IMG/VR virus record: IMGVR_UViG_3300029993_000005
Location: 62,001 to 126,000 of that record
Length of the DNA: 64,000 bases
Reading direction: 5' to 3' (one strand)
Shown: positions 36,805-46,965 of the stretch, piece by piece
How the letters are laid out: each line of letters starts with the position of its first letter
Numbering within the stretch: the stretch's first letter is position 1
The notes under the pieces: model-generated
The model's database searches: none
Told to the model about the DNA's origin: nothing
Seen by the model: only the letters and a program-made list of their open reading frames with translations
Translations under genes and position numbers: made by a program

Positions 36805-39800
36805 ATGTTAGAAAACGTATTCAAGCCAGATGCTAGTTTTGATGCATTCGGCAAACGCGAAGGTTACGATTTAGAACTCCGTATTTGTGATGGTTGGACC
36901 CGGTCTAAACGTAGGATTCTGATCGTAGCTCAGACAGTTGACGGACGTGATTTACGAGCTGGTGAACTGATGTCCGATATCGCTACTTCACAGCCGCTGT
37001 CGAATGCCATCAAATATGCACGTAAAATAGCCAACAAATATCTGAAGGACAGGCAAGTCCCTGATGCCTCATGGGCATTAGTAAATTTTAACTCCTACAA
37101 GCATCTCCATCTTCCAAAAATAAAACAACGAGAAGCTGAGTCCACGTTTGCTGAACGCGTGCACGCTCTAATCAGAAAGCTTAGGCCTACACATATTCTT
37201 ATGTCCGGCGATGAATCAATGTATTCCTGCTTTCCCCAGGTTGAACACCCACAGTACAAGCGAGGATGGGTACACAATTTAGAATTGGATGATCTGAAGT
37301 TCAAGCTAGTGAATACACTGGATTTCTATCGTTTGTTAGAGAAGGATGGAGCCAAGGCTAATCTGTTAGGCTTCTGGTGCCGACACTTGGCCAACTTGAT
37401 GTTGGGACGTAACCCCCATGATTTATCAGGTCTAGAGGTAGAGCCCCGCTACGTTGATACAATTGAAAAATTCGATCAATTGATGCACAGATTCGATACC
37501 GCAGAAAGATGTGCTATCGATACAGAAACACGTAATCTGTCCGTGCTCCACAATAAAATATACACGATTCAGTTTTGCACTAACCACAATGAGAATGTAG
37601 GATACGTCCTGTCAGTTGACCACCCTCTGACTCACTGGACAACCGATCAAATCAAGTATATCAAACAGCAATTACGTAAGCGGTTCATGGCCCGTACAGG
37701 ACCCCTGCTCATTACGTTCAACGGCATGTTCGACTTGCGTATTATTCGTCAATGCCTAAAAATCCCGTTCATGTGGTTGAAAATATGGGAAATCACTTTC
37801 GGTGAACATGGGCTAGACGAGAATTACACAGCACTGAACGGTGTCTGTGCAATGCCTGATCTGCAACTTGGATCAGCGTCTAAGTTCGGTGGCCTACGCC
37901 CTATCTTTGCTAGCTACGGAAATGACTTCTACCTAAGAGCCTCAGAATTCGGTAAGCAGGATCGAAATACGACAGGTACAATCGCACCGAATAATCCAGC
38001 ATTCTTAAAATACGCGGCAACGGACGTATCTAGCATTACCGGAATTTATCACCAACAGCTAGCAAGGGCCGCAGTTCAAGAAATAGCAGGTAAAAACTTC
38101 AAGCCTTATTTTATTCGTCACATGCTGTACCAGATGTCTGACTGTGCCCATGTACTCTCACACATGAGTCAAGATGGCTCCCTAGTAGACCGTAAATATC
38201 TGCGTAAACTTTTAGGTGTAGGATCAGAACTTAGAGCAGAGCTTAAACGCAGCTTAGGCGCGCTGTCCCTGCACAAAGAGGTGAAGCAAGCCAACGCCGA
38301 ACTTCTAGAAGAATCGGGTTTCAGATCGAAGTCATTGTTCAGTAGAGCCAAGACCGCTACTCAATGGATGTTTGGTTTCAACAAGACTGATCACAAGAAG
38401 AAACTGTTCTTCGATATCTTGGGCCTAGAAGCCGTGTCTCAGACAAAGACTGGTCAGGACTCGGTAGATAAGAAATTCATTGCCCATCATAAGGACAAGA
38501 ACAAGATTGTTGGACTCTACGGTGAGTATAAACAGGCATCAACTTTAGTCTCAACCTATGTCAAAGGTTGGTACAAAAAGATGGTGAACAAGCTGGACGA
38601 AGCTACTGATGGATTCCTTCGTGCTAGCTACAGTATTGTTGACACAGGACGCCTGAAATCGTTTGATCCTAACCTTCAGCAAATTCCGAGTAGGGGACGA
38701 TTGGTCAAGATCATCAAGCGTATGTTTATCATACCAAAAGGTTATTTATCCTGGCGGTTTGACTATTCAGCGCATGAGGTCCGTGTGTGGTCAATTGTCT
38801 CTGGTGATGAAGTATTGGCCGATGCTTTTCGTGCGGGTCAAAAACTGAGGCAGGCCTTTATCCAAGATCCAACAGAAGAAAACTTAAAAGCAATTAAGGT
38901 TAAAGGGGACATTCATCTACTTAATGTTTACAGGTTTTTTGGTAAGCAAGTAGATAAAGACCACCCATTGCGTGACGCAGTTAAACGGGTCGTTTTTGGG
39001 GTCCTCTACGGTAAGGGTGCAGAAACTTTAGGTATAGACACTAAGGAAGGTGATCTGTCAGCATTGAAATCTAAGATTGGTGTTCTCTATGACGAGTCGT
39101 TGGTCACTAAAGACAACAAACGGTTATTGGAAATTAATAAGCTTCTAGAAGAACTTGACTTCAAGCTCACGGCTCTATACGAAGAAGATCGTACTGAATA
39201 TGCTCAAGGCATTGTTGACAAAATGTTCCAGGAGTTCAAGGCCGGTGCACGCTGGACCGAGAAGATGCAGAAGATGGCTGAAACAGACTTTATGGTCTAC
39301 GCGCCAAACGGGCGTATACGCCATTTGTTTGCGGCTCTTACCGGTGACCGCAAAATCGTTAGCCGTCAGGTTAGACGAGGTTCTAATGCCCCTGTACAGG
39401 GGTTTGCCTCGGAGATTGGGGTTAAAGGTGCCTATCTTATTCTCAAGTCTTACTATGAAAACTTGAAAATCTTCAAGGAGAAACTAGGAATTACCAAAAG
39501 TGATTGGGAAATGCGTGTGAAGTTCAGCCGTAGCGTGCATGACGCACTATATCTTTATGTTCCCTACGCAATGAGTATTCCATTTTTACATATTCTTCAG
39601 TGGCAGGCTACTTATGGCGTTACTAAAGCTTATAAAGATGAATTCAATATAAAGTTCACAGTCGAACCTGAATTGGAAGTCGAGGTTAGCGCCCGTGACG
39701 ATTTGTCACGTAAATGGGACTTTGCGCTCCCCAATCTGGTGACAATAACCAAACAGGCAGTTGCCGATGCTGAAGAGTTCGGACTTCTTGAAGGCACCCA

Positions 39801-39972
39801 GTCAGAGGTCCTGAAACTTATTTTTAAACCTTGGCAATTGAAGTCCATGAGAGAACTCCTGCAGTCCAAATTCCCACTGCTTAACGTTAAGGACTTAGAC
39901 CAGCAGATCAAGGGTGCGCTCAAGGACGCAACGGTTCCCTACGTCAAACCAATGGAAAAGGAGAAAGTCTAG
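36805..39972 (+). CDS. polA: family A DNA polymerase with 3'-5' exonuclease and degenerate UDG-like N-terminal domain
   Basis: AIDTET, FNGMFDL, YAATD; TGRLKS, PNLQQIP, DYSAHE (motif A), KRVVFGVLYG (B), NAPVQG, SVHDAL (C). Confidence 0.95.
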   Translation: MLENVFKPDASFDAFGKREGYDLELRICDGWTRSKRRILIVAQTVDGRDLRAGELMSDIATSQPLSNAIKYARKIANKYLKDRQVPDASWALVNFNSYKHLHLPKIKQREAESTFAERVHALIRKLRPTHILMSGDESMYSCFPQVEHPQYKRGWVHNLELDDLKFKLVNTLDFYRLLEKDGAKANLLGFWCRHLANLMLGRNPHDLSGLEVEPRYVDTIEKFDQLMHRFDTAERCAIDTETRNLSVLHNKIYTIQFCTNHNENVGYVLSVDHPLTHWTTDQIKYIKQQLRKRFMARTGPLLITFNGMFDLRIIRQCLKIPFMWLKIWEITFGEHGLDENYTALNGVCAMPDLQLGSASKFGGLRPIFASYGNDFYLRASEFGKQDRNTTGTIAPNNPAFLKYAATDVSSITGIYHQQLARAAVQEIAGKNFKPYFIRHMLYQMSDCAHVLSHMSQDGSLVDRKYLRKLLGVGSELRAELKRSLGALSLHKEVKQANAELLEESGFRSKSLFSRAKTATQWMFGFNKTDHKKKLFFDILGLEAVSQTKTGQDSVDKKFIAHHKDKNKIVGLYGEYKQASTLVSTYVKGWYKKMVNKLDEATDGFLRASYSIVDTGRLKSFDPNLQQIPSRGRLVKIIKRMFIIPKGYLSWRFDYSAHEVRVWSIVSGDEVLADAFRAGQKLRQAFIQDPTEENLKAIKVKGDIHLLNVYRFFGKQVDKDHPLRDAVKRVVFGVLYGKGAETLGIDTKEGDLSALKSKIGVLYDESLVTKDNKRLLEINKLLEELDFKLTALYEEDRTEYAQGIVDKMFQEFKAGARWTEKMQKMAETDFMVYAPNGRIRHLFAALTGDRKIVSRQVRRGSNAPVQGFASEIGVKGAYLILKSYYENLKIFKEKLGITKSDWEMRVKFSRSVHDALYLYVPYAMSIPFLHILQWQATYGVTKAYKDEFNIKFTVEPELEVEVSARDDLSRKWDFALPNLVTITKQAVADAEEFGLLEGTQSEVLKLIFKPWQLKSMRELLQSKFPLLNVKDLDQQIKGALKDATVPYVKPMEKEKV

Positions 39973-39973
39973 G

Positions 39974-40399
39974 ATGTCATCCTATCGCTATATTATTGAT
40001 AGGGTTGGAACTCATGAGTGGCTATTGTTTGACCGAATGACCAAGCAAACGCCACTCACGTATTTATTGTACTTAGTGGCTCTGAATGGGAAACTCAATA
40101 CTCAATTGATATTGACGTCCTATGATGCAGTGGCCTCCGCTGCTCACGAGTTTCCTGTTTTAGGCCCCGAGATATATTCCACAAAAGTTTATATCCAAGG
40201 TGGACTACCTGTCTATTCAGAAACTCAGTCTAAGTCAGATGAGTTGTTGACCGCTAATTTCATGGAAGACTTCTTCACCGAATTGATGGACCTTGATCTA
40301 TCAAATCCCGTGGAGCTACCCCGGATGTTTGGCGGTCATACTTATTCAGAAACTTCAAGTCCCGACCAAGACTCACGTCGTATACTAAATACAAATTAA
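39974..40399 (+). CDS. hypothetical protein
   Basis: start refined to ATG 39974. Confidence 0.6.
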   Translation: MSSYRYIIDRVGTHEWLLFDRMTKQTPLTYLLYLVALNGKLNTQLILTSYDAVASAAHEFPVLGPEIYSTKVYIQGGLPVYSETQSKSDELLTANFMEDFFTELMDLDLSNPVELPRMFGGHTYSETSSPDQDSRRILNTN

Positions 40400-40420
40400 T
40401 CCATACCCTAGAGGTTCTTT

Positions 40421-41152
40421 ATGTTTTCCCACGTCTACGGGGAGCTAGTGGTTGCCGCTAGTTCTCCAGCTACTAGTTTCAAAATTTTTGATGATCCCAA
40501 CACAAGATCCGGTGACCACAGTGGACATTCGGATCACAGTCTTTTGTTCAATACAAAATTCAAGACTTTGGCCCGTGGACTATCCGTGGTCAGCCAAAAT
40601 GTAGCATTGCCTCAACGAAACAAATACATGGTACTCGATTGTCTAGCGAATTCTAGTGAGGCCGCACTAACTACTTGTACTGAACTGGCCGTTGGCCTGA
40701 CCTCACTGGATACGAAATTTGAAAATAGTCGTCAGCTCTACAAGGTTCATCAATTAATGCTAGACGTGGGCACAAAAACTTCCGACTTCGTGGCCGTCAT
40801 CAACAATGAAAGCGAACACTGCAATTTCAATCTGTTGGCCTTCGGTGGACTAGAACTTGAAGTCTTCGGTATTTATGACGTAGTAAATAAGAGTATAAGA
40901 CTGATGTGGACTACGGACTCGTCTTTTGTTTCTAAAATAAAGTCTGAGGACTCAACACGCTACATATTTTATCGATTCCCTACGCTCCGTAATCGACCCT
41001 TGTTTATTCACACGCAGTACGTGGTATCCAAACTCTACAAGTGGTCATTGGTCTTTGACGGACGTGATAGTGTATTAAAGTTGTTCAACGCTCTAGAAAA
41101 TTTCTTGTATGGAAATCCTAATCAGCCAGAATGGATTCCAGTTTCTAAGTGA
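40421..41152 (+). CDS. hypothetical protein
   Basis: agaggttc RBS shared with polymerase gene. Confidence 0.65.
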   Translation: MFSHVYGELVVAASSPATSFKIFDDPNTRSGDHSGHSDHSLLFNTKFKTLARGLSVVSQNVALPQRNKYMVLDCLANSSEAALTTCTELAVGLTSLDTKFENSRQLYKVHQLMLDVGTKTSDFVAVINNESEHCNFNLLAFGGLELEVFGIYDVVNKSIRLMWTTDSSFVSKIKSEDSTRYIFYRFPTLRNRPLFIHTQYVVSKLYKWSLVFDGRDSVLKLFNALENFLYGNPNQPEWIPVSK

Positions 41153-41164
41153 AGGCGGCCATCC

Positions 41165-42199
41165 ATGAATGACGCGCTTAGACTTAGCACTCGGTCCCAG
41201 TTTATATCATCCCAGCTAGCATCTTACAGCGGACCTAAGAGGGAACAGGGTGATCGTCTGTTCATCAGCTGTCCATTTCATAGTGAACGAACGCCTAGCG
41301 GCAAAGTTGATCGTGAACGTGGGACCTTCTATTGTTTTGGCTGTGGTGCTAAGTGCTCTTGGGACGAACTGGCGGCCAAGATTGGGCTTCAACCCTTTAT
41401 CAAAGGTAAGCCCAAGGATGAGACATCAACCGATTTGTTCATGCAGAAAGCACTGGCTCTGTTAAAAAATGAACAACCTTTTGTTCAAGATCGTTTACGT
41501 TTCACAGCCATACCCAAGAACAAGGTTTGGCGCTCAATATCCACCAATCTGTTGATTGATCTTGGTGGTCGCTTGTGTATCAAATATAGTAAAGAGTATG
41601 AACGCTGGGGCTCCACCAAATTCATACATTTTCCCGTCATAGTAAATAAAGAACAGTGCGGTTATTTCTTGGCCAGACTAAAGAAGCATCCGGACTATCC
41701 ATCATATATGTTGGCATCAGCGTCAGTTAATCAAAAATGGGTCTTAAGCCGTGGCTTATGGCCTTTTGACTATTCGTTGGAGCTAATGAAGAACCTAGGT
41801 TCAACGTCCATGGTGCTGGTCGAGGGTCAAAGAGATGCCTTACGTTTAATTCTTTCAGGAATCCCCGCACTCTGTATTTTTGGCACCCAAAGTTGGTCGG
41901 ATAAAAAGGCACAACTACTGGAGGTTGCGGGAGTAACCAAACTCATAATCCTCATGGATGGTGACGATGCTGGAATTAAGGCATCCGAAAAAATAAAAGA
42001 TCGAGCCTCGTCTTTGCTGAATGTCGCTGAGATCAAACTCTGGAACATCAAGGGCAGTCCCTACTTAGAATTCGAGGACCTAGCCGAACCTAGTAAGACC
42101 GCAAAACTAAAAGGTGTGGAACTGTGGGACCCTTGTAACGCGCCGCAATGGATAATTGACAAATTGAAATTTAAATACTTTCACAAATTTAGGGAGTAA
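41165..42199 (+). CDS. DnaG-like primase
   Basis: CPFH...FYCFGC zinc finger, TOPRIM LVEGQRDA and MDGDDAG. Confidence 0.9.
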   Translation: MNDALRLSTRSQFISSQLASYSGPKREQGDRLFISCPFHSERTPSGKVDRERGTFYCFGCGAKCSWDELAAKIGLQPFIKGKPKDETSTDLFMQKALALLKNEQPFVQDRLRFTAIPKNKVWRSISTNLLIDLGGRLCIKYSKEYERWGSTKFIHFPVIVNKEQCGYFLARLKKHPDYPSYMLASASVNQKWVLSRGLWPFDYSLELMKNLGSTSMVLVEGQRDALRLILSGIPALCIFGTQSWSDKKAQLLEVAGVTKLIILMDGDDAGIKASEKIKDRASSLLNVAEIKLWNIKGSPYLEFEDLAEPSKTAKLKGVELWDPCNAPQWIIDKLKFKYFHKFRE

Positions 42200-42202
42200 A
42201 CG

Positions 42203-42691
42203 ATGCCTATCACATTAGAAGCACAGTTGATCAAATGGGGGCTTATAGTTCTGGCCCTTGCAGCCGTCCTATTCGGAGTTTTCGAAATGGGCACTAGCCA
42301 TGGATACAAGCAAGGTTGGGACATCCAGCAGAAAACGATTCAGGCTATGGTTGATAAGCAAAATGCGCAGACAACGGCACAGAATTTGGCAATCACTGGC
42401 TTGGAGCAACAAGCCTCAGATGCGGCGGACAAAGCTAGAGAAGCCAGCAATCTAGCAAGTCAGGCCCGTAGCACGGTGATTACGAAGTACAAAACGCAGT
42501 ATCAGACAATTGCCAGCTCCTGTGGCTGGGACGTTCCAACAGTCCAGGCCATCAATGCAATCATCAACTCCGATCCGGACAATGCTGCAGCAAATGCGCT
42601 AGCCCCTTCTACCCCAGCATCTAGCACAGGAATCATTCCAACACCAAGCCTACCGCTTCCTAGTGCACCAGCTACAACACAGACCAAATAA
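42203..42691 (+). CDS. Rz-like inner-membrane spanin
   Basis: N-terminal TM then coiled-coil, directly upstream of a lipoprotein. Confidence 0.6.
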   Translation: MPITLEAQLIKWGLIVLALAAVLFGVFEMGTSHGYKQGWDIQQKTIQAMVDKQNAQTTAQNLAITGLEQQASDAADKAREASNLASQARSTVITKYKTQYQTIASSCGWDVPTVQAINAIINSDPDNAAANALAPSTPASSTGIIPTPSLPLPSAPATTQTK

Positions 42692-42703
42692 TTGGAGTTC
42701 CAA

Positions 42704-43039
42704 ATGAAGACCCTATTCTCTATAATTCTGCTTTCTTTGGTTAGTGCATGCGCCATTCATGAGGATCCCAGCGCTACACCCTTGCCTATTGTTGCACCCG
42801 ATCAAGAAGTCGTTATCCCTAAATCTTTAATGAGTCCGTGTCCTACAATGAATGCTCTACCAGTACAAACGTATAACCAAGGTCAAAGCCTGGACCAAGT
42901 CAAGGCTTGGCAGGATCAGTACACTAGTTGCCGTAACATCCAAATTAAGTTGATCCAGTTGACGGCCAAGGCCTTCAATATTCAGGATCCAACAATCGAT
43001 AACACAATTTCTATTCCTAGTACCAGCGTCAAAAAGTAA
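42704..43039 (+). CDS. Rz1-like outer-membrane lipoprotein spanin
   Basis: lipobox LVSAC, Pro-rich IPKSLMSPCP, second Cys. Confidence 0.65.
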   Translation: MKTLFSIILLSLVSACAIHEDPSATPLPIVAPDQEVVIPKSLMSPCPTMNALPVQTYNQGQSLDQVKAWQDQYTSCRNIQIKLIQLTAKAFNIQDPTIDNTISIPSTSVKK

Positions 43040-43052
43040 AGTTTGAGTCTCT

Positions 43053-43060
43053 AGTAAATA
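43053..43060 (+). promoter_or_regulatory. AGTAAATA box
   Basis: intergenic; context ctctagtaaata identical to the 2933 copy. Confidence 0.55.
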
Positions 43061-43125
43061 GATTACGTGATGTATAAAATCAAGGAACGGCCGTTCCCTT
43101 CCCACAAATATAGAGGACTCTAGAA

Positions 43126-44421
43126 ATGGCAACAAACAACTCAGCAGTTCAACTTGAGATGTTGACTCAAGGTTCAGTATGGAAACGTAATGTAGGAAAG
43201 TTTAAGGGTAAAGAAGTCAAATTTCTTTTCCTCACCAATTCGAATCTTCCGGCTAAGGGTCAGCTCAAACACCCGCCTCAAGTGATCTACGTTGATGAAA
43301 AGAATGCGATCTACAACCGTGAATTGGATAGTTTTTTGTCGGCCTACACGTTCTACAACGTTGACAGCGATCTAGAGTCAAAGCTTGAAAGCCTGTTTGT
43401 TTTCAATGAGTCTCTTATTGAAGATGACGAGGAAGAAATTGAATATCAAATCCCAGAGGGCTCAGATCAAGAATCGGTAGAAGAAGCTCAGGTACAACCG
43501 GCAGAAACCGAAACCCAGGTACAAACAGATATCAAGGCCAAGACTGTAGCAGAGCTGTGGTTGGAACCAGCCGAAGATGCGGTAAAGGGCAGCTTTATTA
43601 TTTCGAAGGTTCCGGGTTACGAGAACCCACCGTCAATTGACGAAAAACAATTGGCACTGGCTTTCGTCGGTTACAGCCAAGAGCCGTTGCTTTCGCACGG
43701 CCTATTGGGCCATCGATTGACCTTTAAACAAACTGATAACATTACGGTTGAATCGATTGATCGTGCATTTGCACCGAATGACCACGTGAATACGGTTGAG
43801 TCATTCATCATTCAACATCGAGACAATATTCAACAAGTGTTGTGGACTACTTGGTTGGGTGTCTACCCGCAATTGACGCTTCAGGGTAATTTCTTGACCG
43901 TGCTCGTTGCTACAGATGACTTGCCTTTGACTGCTAATGATGGTCAACAAGAAACTGACATTGAATTGGATGCTGAACATCAAGACGTGCTGACAAACAT
44001 GATGCAAGAGCTTGGACTATCAGCTTTTGGTGGCTCCGAAGTTGAGAAGGCAGAAACAGAAACAGGTATCACCACGGAAGCAGCTACCACGGAACAATCA
44101 GTACTTGCTGAAGCACCCGTAACTGTTCACGTAACTAGAATTGAGGCAGCTGTTGATCACAGTGGTATTAACGTCAGCACAGACCCCGAGTTGGTAGCGA
44201 CTCCGGTGCCCGCAGTTGTTAATGCTCCTGGACCTGTACTAGCCGAGAATCCAGCCTTGGTTGCCCAAGTAGCTCAACAGGTACACGCACATATAACCCA
44301 ACCTCAGCAAGCCTTAGTATCGCCTGTAGAAGCCTTTGTGCAGGCAATTGCGGTTACTAATGTGCAACCTCAAGTAGTGGTCCATAACCAGCAACAACCA
44401 TTCGTACCACCTACGCTATAA
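43126..44421 (+). CDS. large acidic hypothetical protein
   Basis: 431 aa, GAGGA RBS. Confidence 0.7.
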   Translation: MATNNSAVQLEMLTQGSVWKRNVGKFKGKEVKFLFLTNSNLPAKGQLKHPPQVIYVDEKNAIYNRELDSFLSAYTFYNVDSDLESKLESLFVFNESLIEDDEEEIEYQIPEGSDQESVEEAQVQPAETETQVQTDIKAKTVAELWLEPAEDAVKGSFIISKVPGYENPPSIDEKQLALAFVGYSQEPLLSHGLLGHRLTFKQTDNITVESIDRAFAPNDHVNTVESFIIQHRDNIQQVLWTTWLGVYPQLTLQGNFLTVLVATDDLPLTANDGQQETDIELDAEHQDVLTNMMQELGLSAFGGSEVEKAETETGITTEAATTEQSVLAEAPVTVHVTRIEAAVDHSGINVSTDPELVATPVPAVVNAPGPVLAENPALVAQVAQQVHAHITQPQQALVSPVEAFVQAIAVTNVQPQVVVHNQQQPFVPPTL

Positions 44422-44430
44422 ACCAATGGT

Positions 44431-44438
44431 AGTAAATA
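44431..44438 (+). promoter_or_regulatory. AGTAAATA box
   Basis: intergenic. Confidence 0.5.
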
Positions 44439-44454
44439 AGGCTTATACAAGCCG

Positions 44455-44495
44455 AAAAGCCCGGTACCTGTATTTTGGTCCGGGCTTTTATTTTA
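44455..44495 (+). terminator. intrinsic terminator
   Basis: aaaagcccgg...ccgggctttt followed by atttt. Confidence 0.65.
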
Positions 44496-44529
44496 TCTAA
44501 AACGAATATTTCAAACTCCAGGATTACTT

Positions 44530-45555
44530 ATGATGATCGAAAAAGGCCGCTATGTGGTGGCAGCATTAAAGACAGACAAGGGTCGTGGTACACCATTTCT
44601 ACTCAAGGTTGACTCGGTAGATAAGTCAATCGTCCAAGGCACATTGGAGCGTAACTCACATATTTCGCAGCTCAAGAAAACTGTGGAAGTCCTGGTTAAA
44701 GACGTAGTAGCTGATCTTGGTACTAGTCCTCATTATGGAAAGGCCTACGGCTGCGATACTTCGAATATTTATGCGGGTCGAAAATCGCATGACGATTTTG
44801 GTAGTCTCCATTTCTTCTACAAACCTGAAAAGGAAAAGGCCAAACAACTGACGGATGCCTTCACCAAAGTCAGTAAGTCATTGGTTCATGCTGGTCTAGA
44901 CTTTCTTATTGATCCTTCGACCTGTATATGGGAAATTCTACCGTACCATGGTGAGAAATATGCGGGCATGTATATTCGGTCCAAGAATGTAGATAAGACG
45001 CCGCACAGGTTCCAAATCCGTCCAGAGATGATGCCCTACGGAGAATTTCCTTATGTGATTTATCACGAACTGGGACACCACCTACACCTTGAGTTTGCGA
45101 CAGGTAAAAAGCTGCAAGCCGAATGGGTACGCCTGTACAACACGTCAATTAAAGTCACACCAATCAAGAAAGAGAAAAGCCAAGAATTACTTGACGCCTT
45201 GTTAGCCGGTGAGGACCGACCCTCTGATTTTAAGACAAACCTTAGTGAAGAAGATACGCTGGTTTACAAGTGGATTATTCGTGTGATAGGCCAGCAGCAT
45301 AGTCTTTCTATTAAAGAATTGGACCTGTTGTTTGAGGCCCAATATTTTGAGGATATCCGTGGAATCTGGCCTGTGCGTGGGGTACCCATGAAAGATCTAG
45401 CACCTATTGTTACTGAGTATGCCACTAAAAATTTCAAAGAATTAATCGCTGAAAGTTTCGCCTTCCGCATGGTAGGTAAGAAACTGCCCAAATCAGTTGA
45501 TGCACTGCTGGACAAGACCTTAAGCTATGCAAAGGCAAATCATGACAAATCCTGA
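44530..45555 (+). CDS. zincin-like metallopeptidase
   Basis: YHELGHHLH (HExxH) and distal YATKNFKELIAESFA. Confidence 0.65.
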   Translation: MMIEKGRYVVAALKTDKGRGTPFLLKVDSVDKSIVQGTLERNSHISQLKKTVEVLVKDVVADLGTSPHYGKAYGCDTSNIYAGRKSHDDFGSLHFFYKPEKEKAKQLTDAFTKVSKSLVHAGLDFLIDPSTCIWEILPYHGEKYAGMYIRSKNVDKTPHRFQIRPEMMPYGEFPYVIYHELGHHLHLEFATGKKLQAEWVRLYNTSIKVTPIKKEKSQELLDALLAGEDRPSDFKTNLSEEDTLVYKWIIRVIGQQHSLSIKELDLLFEAQYFEDIRGIWPVRGVPMKDLAPIVTEYATKNFKELIAESFAFRMVGKKLPKSVDALLDKTLSYAKANHDKS

Positions 45556-45871
45556 GTCCGAATGGCGTTCCCACTTGACCTACACTTTTGCTGGTGTTAC
45601 CCATTCGTTCGCACATACCGGACATGAGGTGATTTTAACGGAAGCCGACTTACAGCCATTGACAACCGACCAGTATTTGGGAACCCAGCCAAAAGATAGC
45701 AATCCGGTGGTACTTCCTATTGATAGCCTCGTGGGCCTGACGCTCCCTGCATTTGAAGGCGGCTTCTATTTCCACGAATCATACCTCTATGATCCCGTTT
45801 TGCTCAGAAGCTTGCGTAAACTACATAACAAGCGCAAGAAACAGGCACGTGCCAGAACCGGGAGACGCTAA
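45542..45871 (+). CDS. hypothetical protein
   Basis: start refined to ATG 45542. Confidence 0.55.
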   Translation: MTNPESEWRSHLTYTFAGVTHSFAHTGHEVILTEADLQPLTTDQYLGTQPKDSNPVVLPIDSLVGLTLPAFEGGFYFHESYLYDPVLLRSLRKLHNKRKKQARARTGRR

Positions 45872-46050
45872 TGATAAATCCAGATGAACTGGAAGACGTT
45901 GACGTAGCCTACCGCGATTCAGCTGCAAGAGAAGAGACTGGAGTGTCTCGTTCCGAAAAGAAGGTGCGATTCCAAGATCAGAAGCAACTCCAGAACAAAC
46001 AGAAGTCGAAGATGGGCAACAACTTTCTAAAGCTAAAAGGGCGGCGATAA
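45871..46050 (+). CDS. 59-aa charged hypothetical protein
   Basis: fills the gap exactly, TAATG coupling at both ends; not in ORF track. Confidence 0.55.
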   Translation: MINPDELEDVDVAYRDSAAREETGVSRSEKKVRFQDQKQLQNKQKSKMGNNFLKLKGRR

Positions 46051-46547
46051 TGAACTCTGATTATACCCTGGCACTCGATCCGAATGTCTGGTACTACCTT
46101 TTGCGGAATGCTGGTGGCTTTATCCTAGTATTTGGTCTTGCTGCATCCTTAGCCTTTGGTGCGTGTAAAGCCTTTGAGTTCATAGTATTTGAAATTGATT
46201 GTGGCTTTTTCTTTAAACCTAGACGTGAGTTTAGCTTACCATCCAAGGCTAGTCTGCTCCCAGCTCCCGATGTTACTATCATCACAAAATTTGAGTCTAA
46301 CCCCAAGCCTGTTGGCGCTAGCTCATTGAGATACATGTATGCTGGACTTACACTCTACAATCAAGTAATTCTTGTAGACTTCGGAAAGACTAGACCTAGA
46401 CGCTGTTCTGAAACAGATTATAATAAATACGAATCATTCATTTCTCAAGGTAATAGAATCCATGGTCTATTCGTTATTGATGAGGTCGAAGGTCTCGATA
46501 ACATATGGGAGTGTAGTTATGACTATTTCGAGAAACTTCCAGAATGA
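46050..46547 (+). CDS. membrane-anchored hypothetical protein
   Basis: N-terminal TM. Confidence 0.55.
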   Translation: MNSDYTLALDPNVWYYLLRNAGGFILVFGLAASLAFGACKAFEFIVFEIDCGFFFKPRREFSLPSKASLLPAPDVTIITKFESNPKPVGASSLRYMYAGLTLYNQVILVDFGKTRPRRCSETDYNKYESFISQGNRIHGLFVIDEVEGLDNIWECSYDYFEKLPE

Positions 46548-46963
46548 AAATTCAGGGCTATCATGCATCAGATCGTAAATTTGACAGGCCTTGTACTATG
46601 GAATCAAAATTCCGACGAGATTTGGATTCATCGCGTCACGTGAATGGTTCCTTGGGTATTTGGGTGACCACGGACCCAAATGAAAAATCGAAAGACGCCT
46701 ATGGTAAATATTTATATGAATTCGAAGTGGACTTGAAACCAGACCAAGTTGGTACTTATGGGATTAGTCAGTTACGTAGCCTATCCTCTTTTGCAGAAAC
46801 TAAAACTGATGCAGAGTTCGCACATCTCCAGCTTCGTGACCAGTGGCTAAGCCTAGGTCTTAAGTTCATAAACTTGTTAGAACACGATGGAAAGTCTAAG
46901 CTCGGTATTATATTAGACAAGCGCGTTATTAGCCGTTGGGAACTGATCAAAATCAAGGACTGA
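46544..46963 (+). CDS. possible ADP-ribosyltransferase-fold protein
   Basis: GYHASDRKF...GSLGIWVTTD...AYGKYLYEFEV matches YHG(S/T)...GxGxYxT...YG pattern. Confidence 0.45.
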   Translation: MKIQGYHASDRKFDRPCTMESKFRRDLDSSRHVNGSLGIWVTTDPNEKSKDAYGKYLYEFEVDLKPDQVGTYGISQLRSLSSFAETKTDAEFAHLQLRDQWLSLGLKFINLLEHDGKSKLGIILDKRVISRWELIKIKD

Positions 46964-46965
46964 TC

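Noticed and set aside
40421-41152. Possible degenerate Ntn-hydrolase/amidotransferase fold
   Set aside because: Only a faint FG.YD...L pattern and no N-terminal nucleophile; not supportable by eye.
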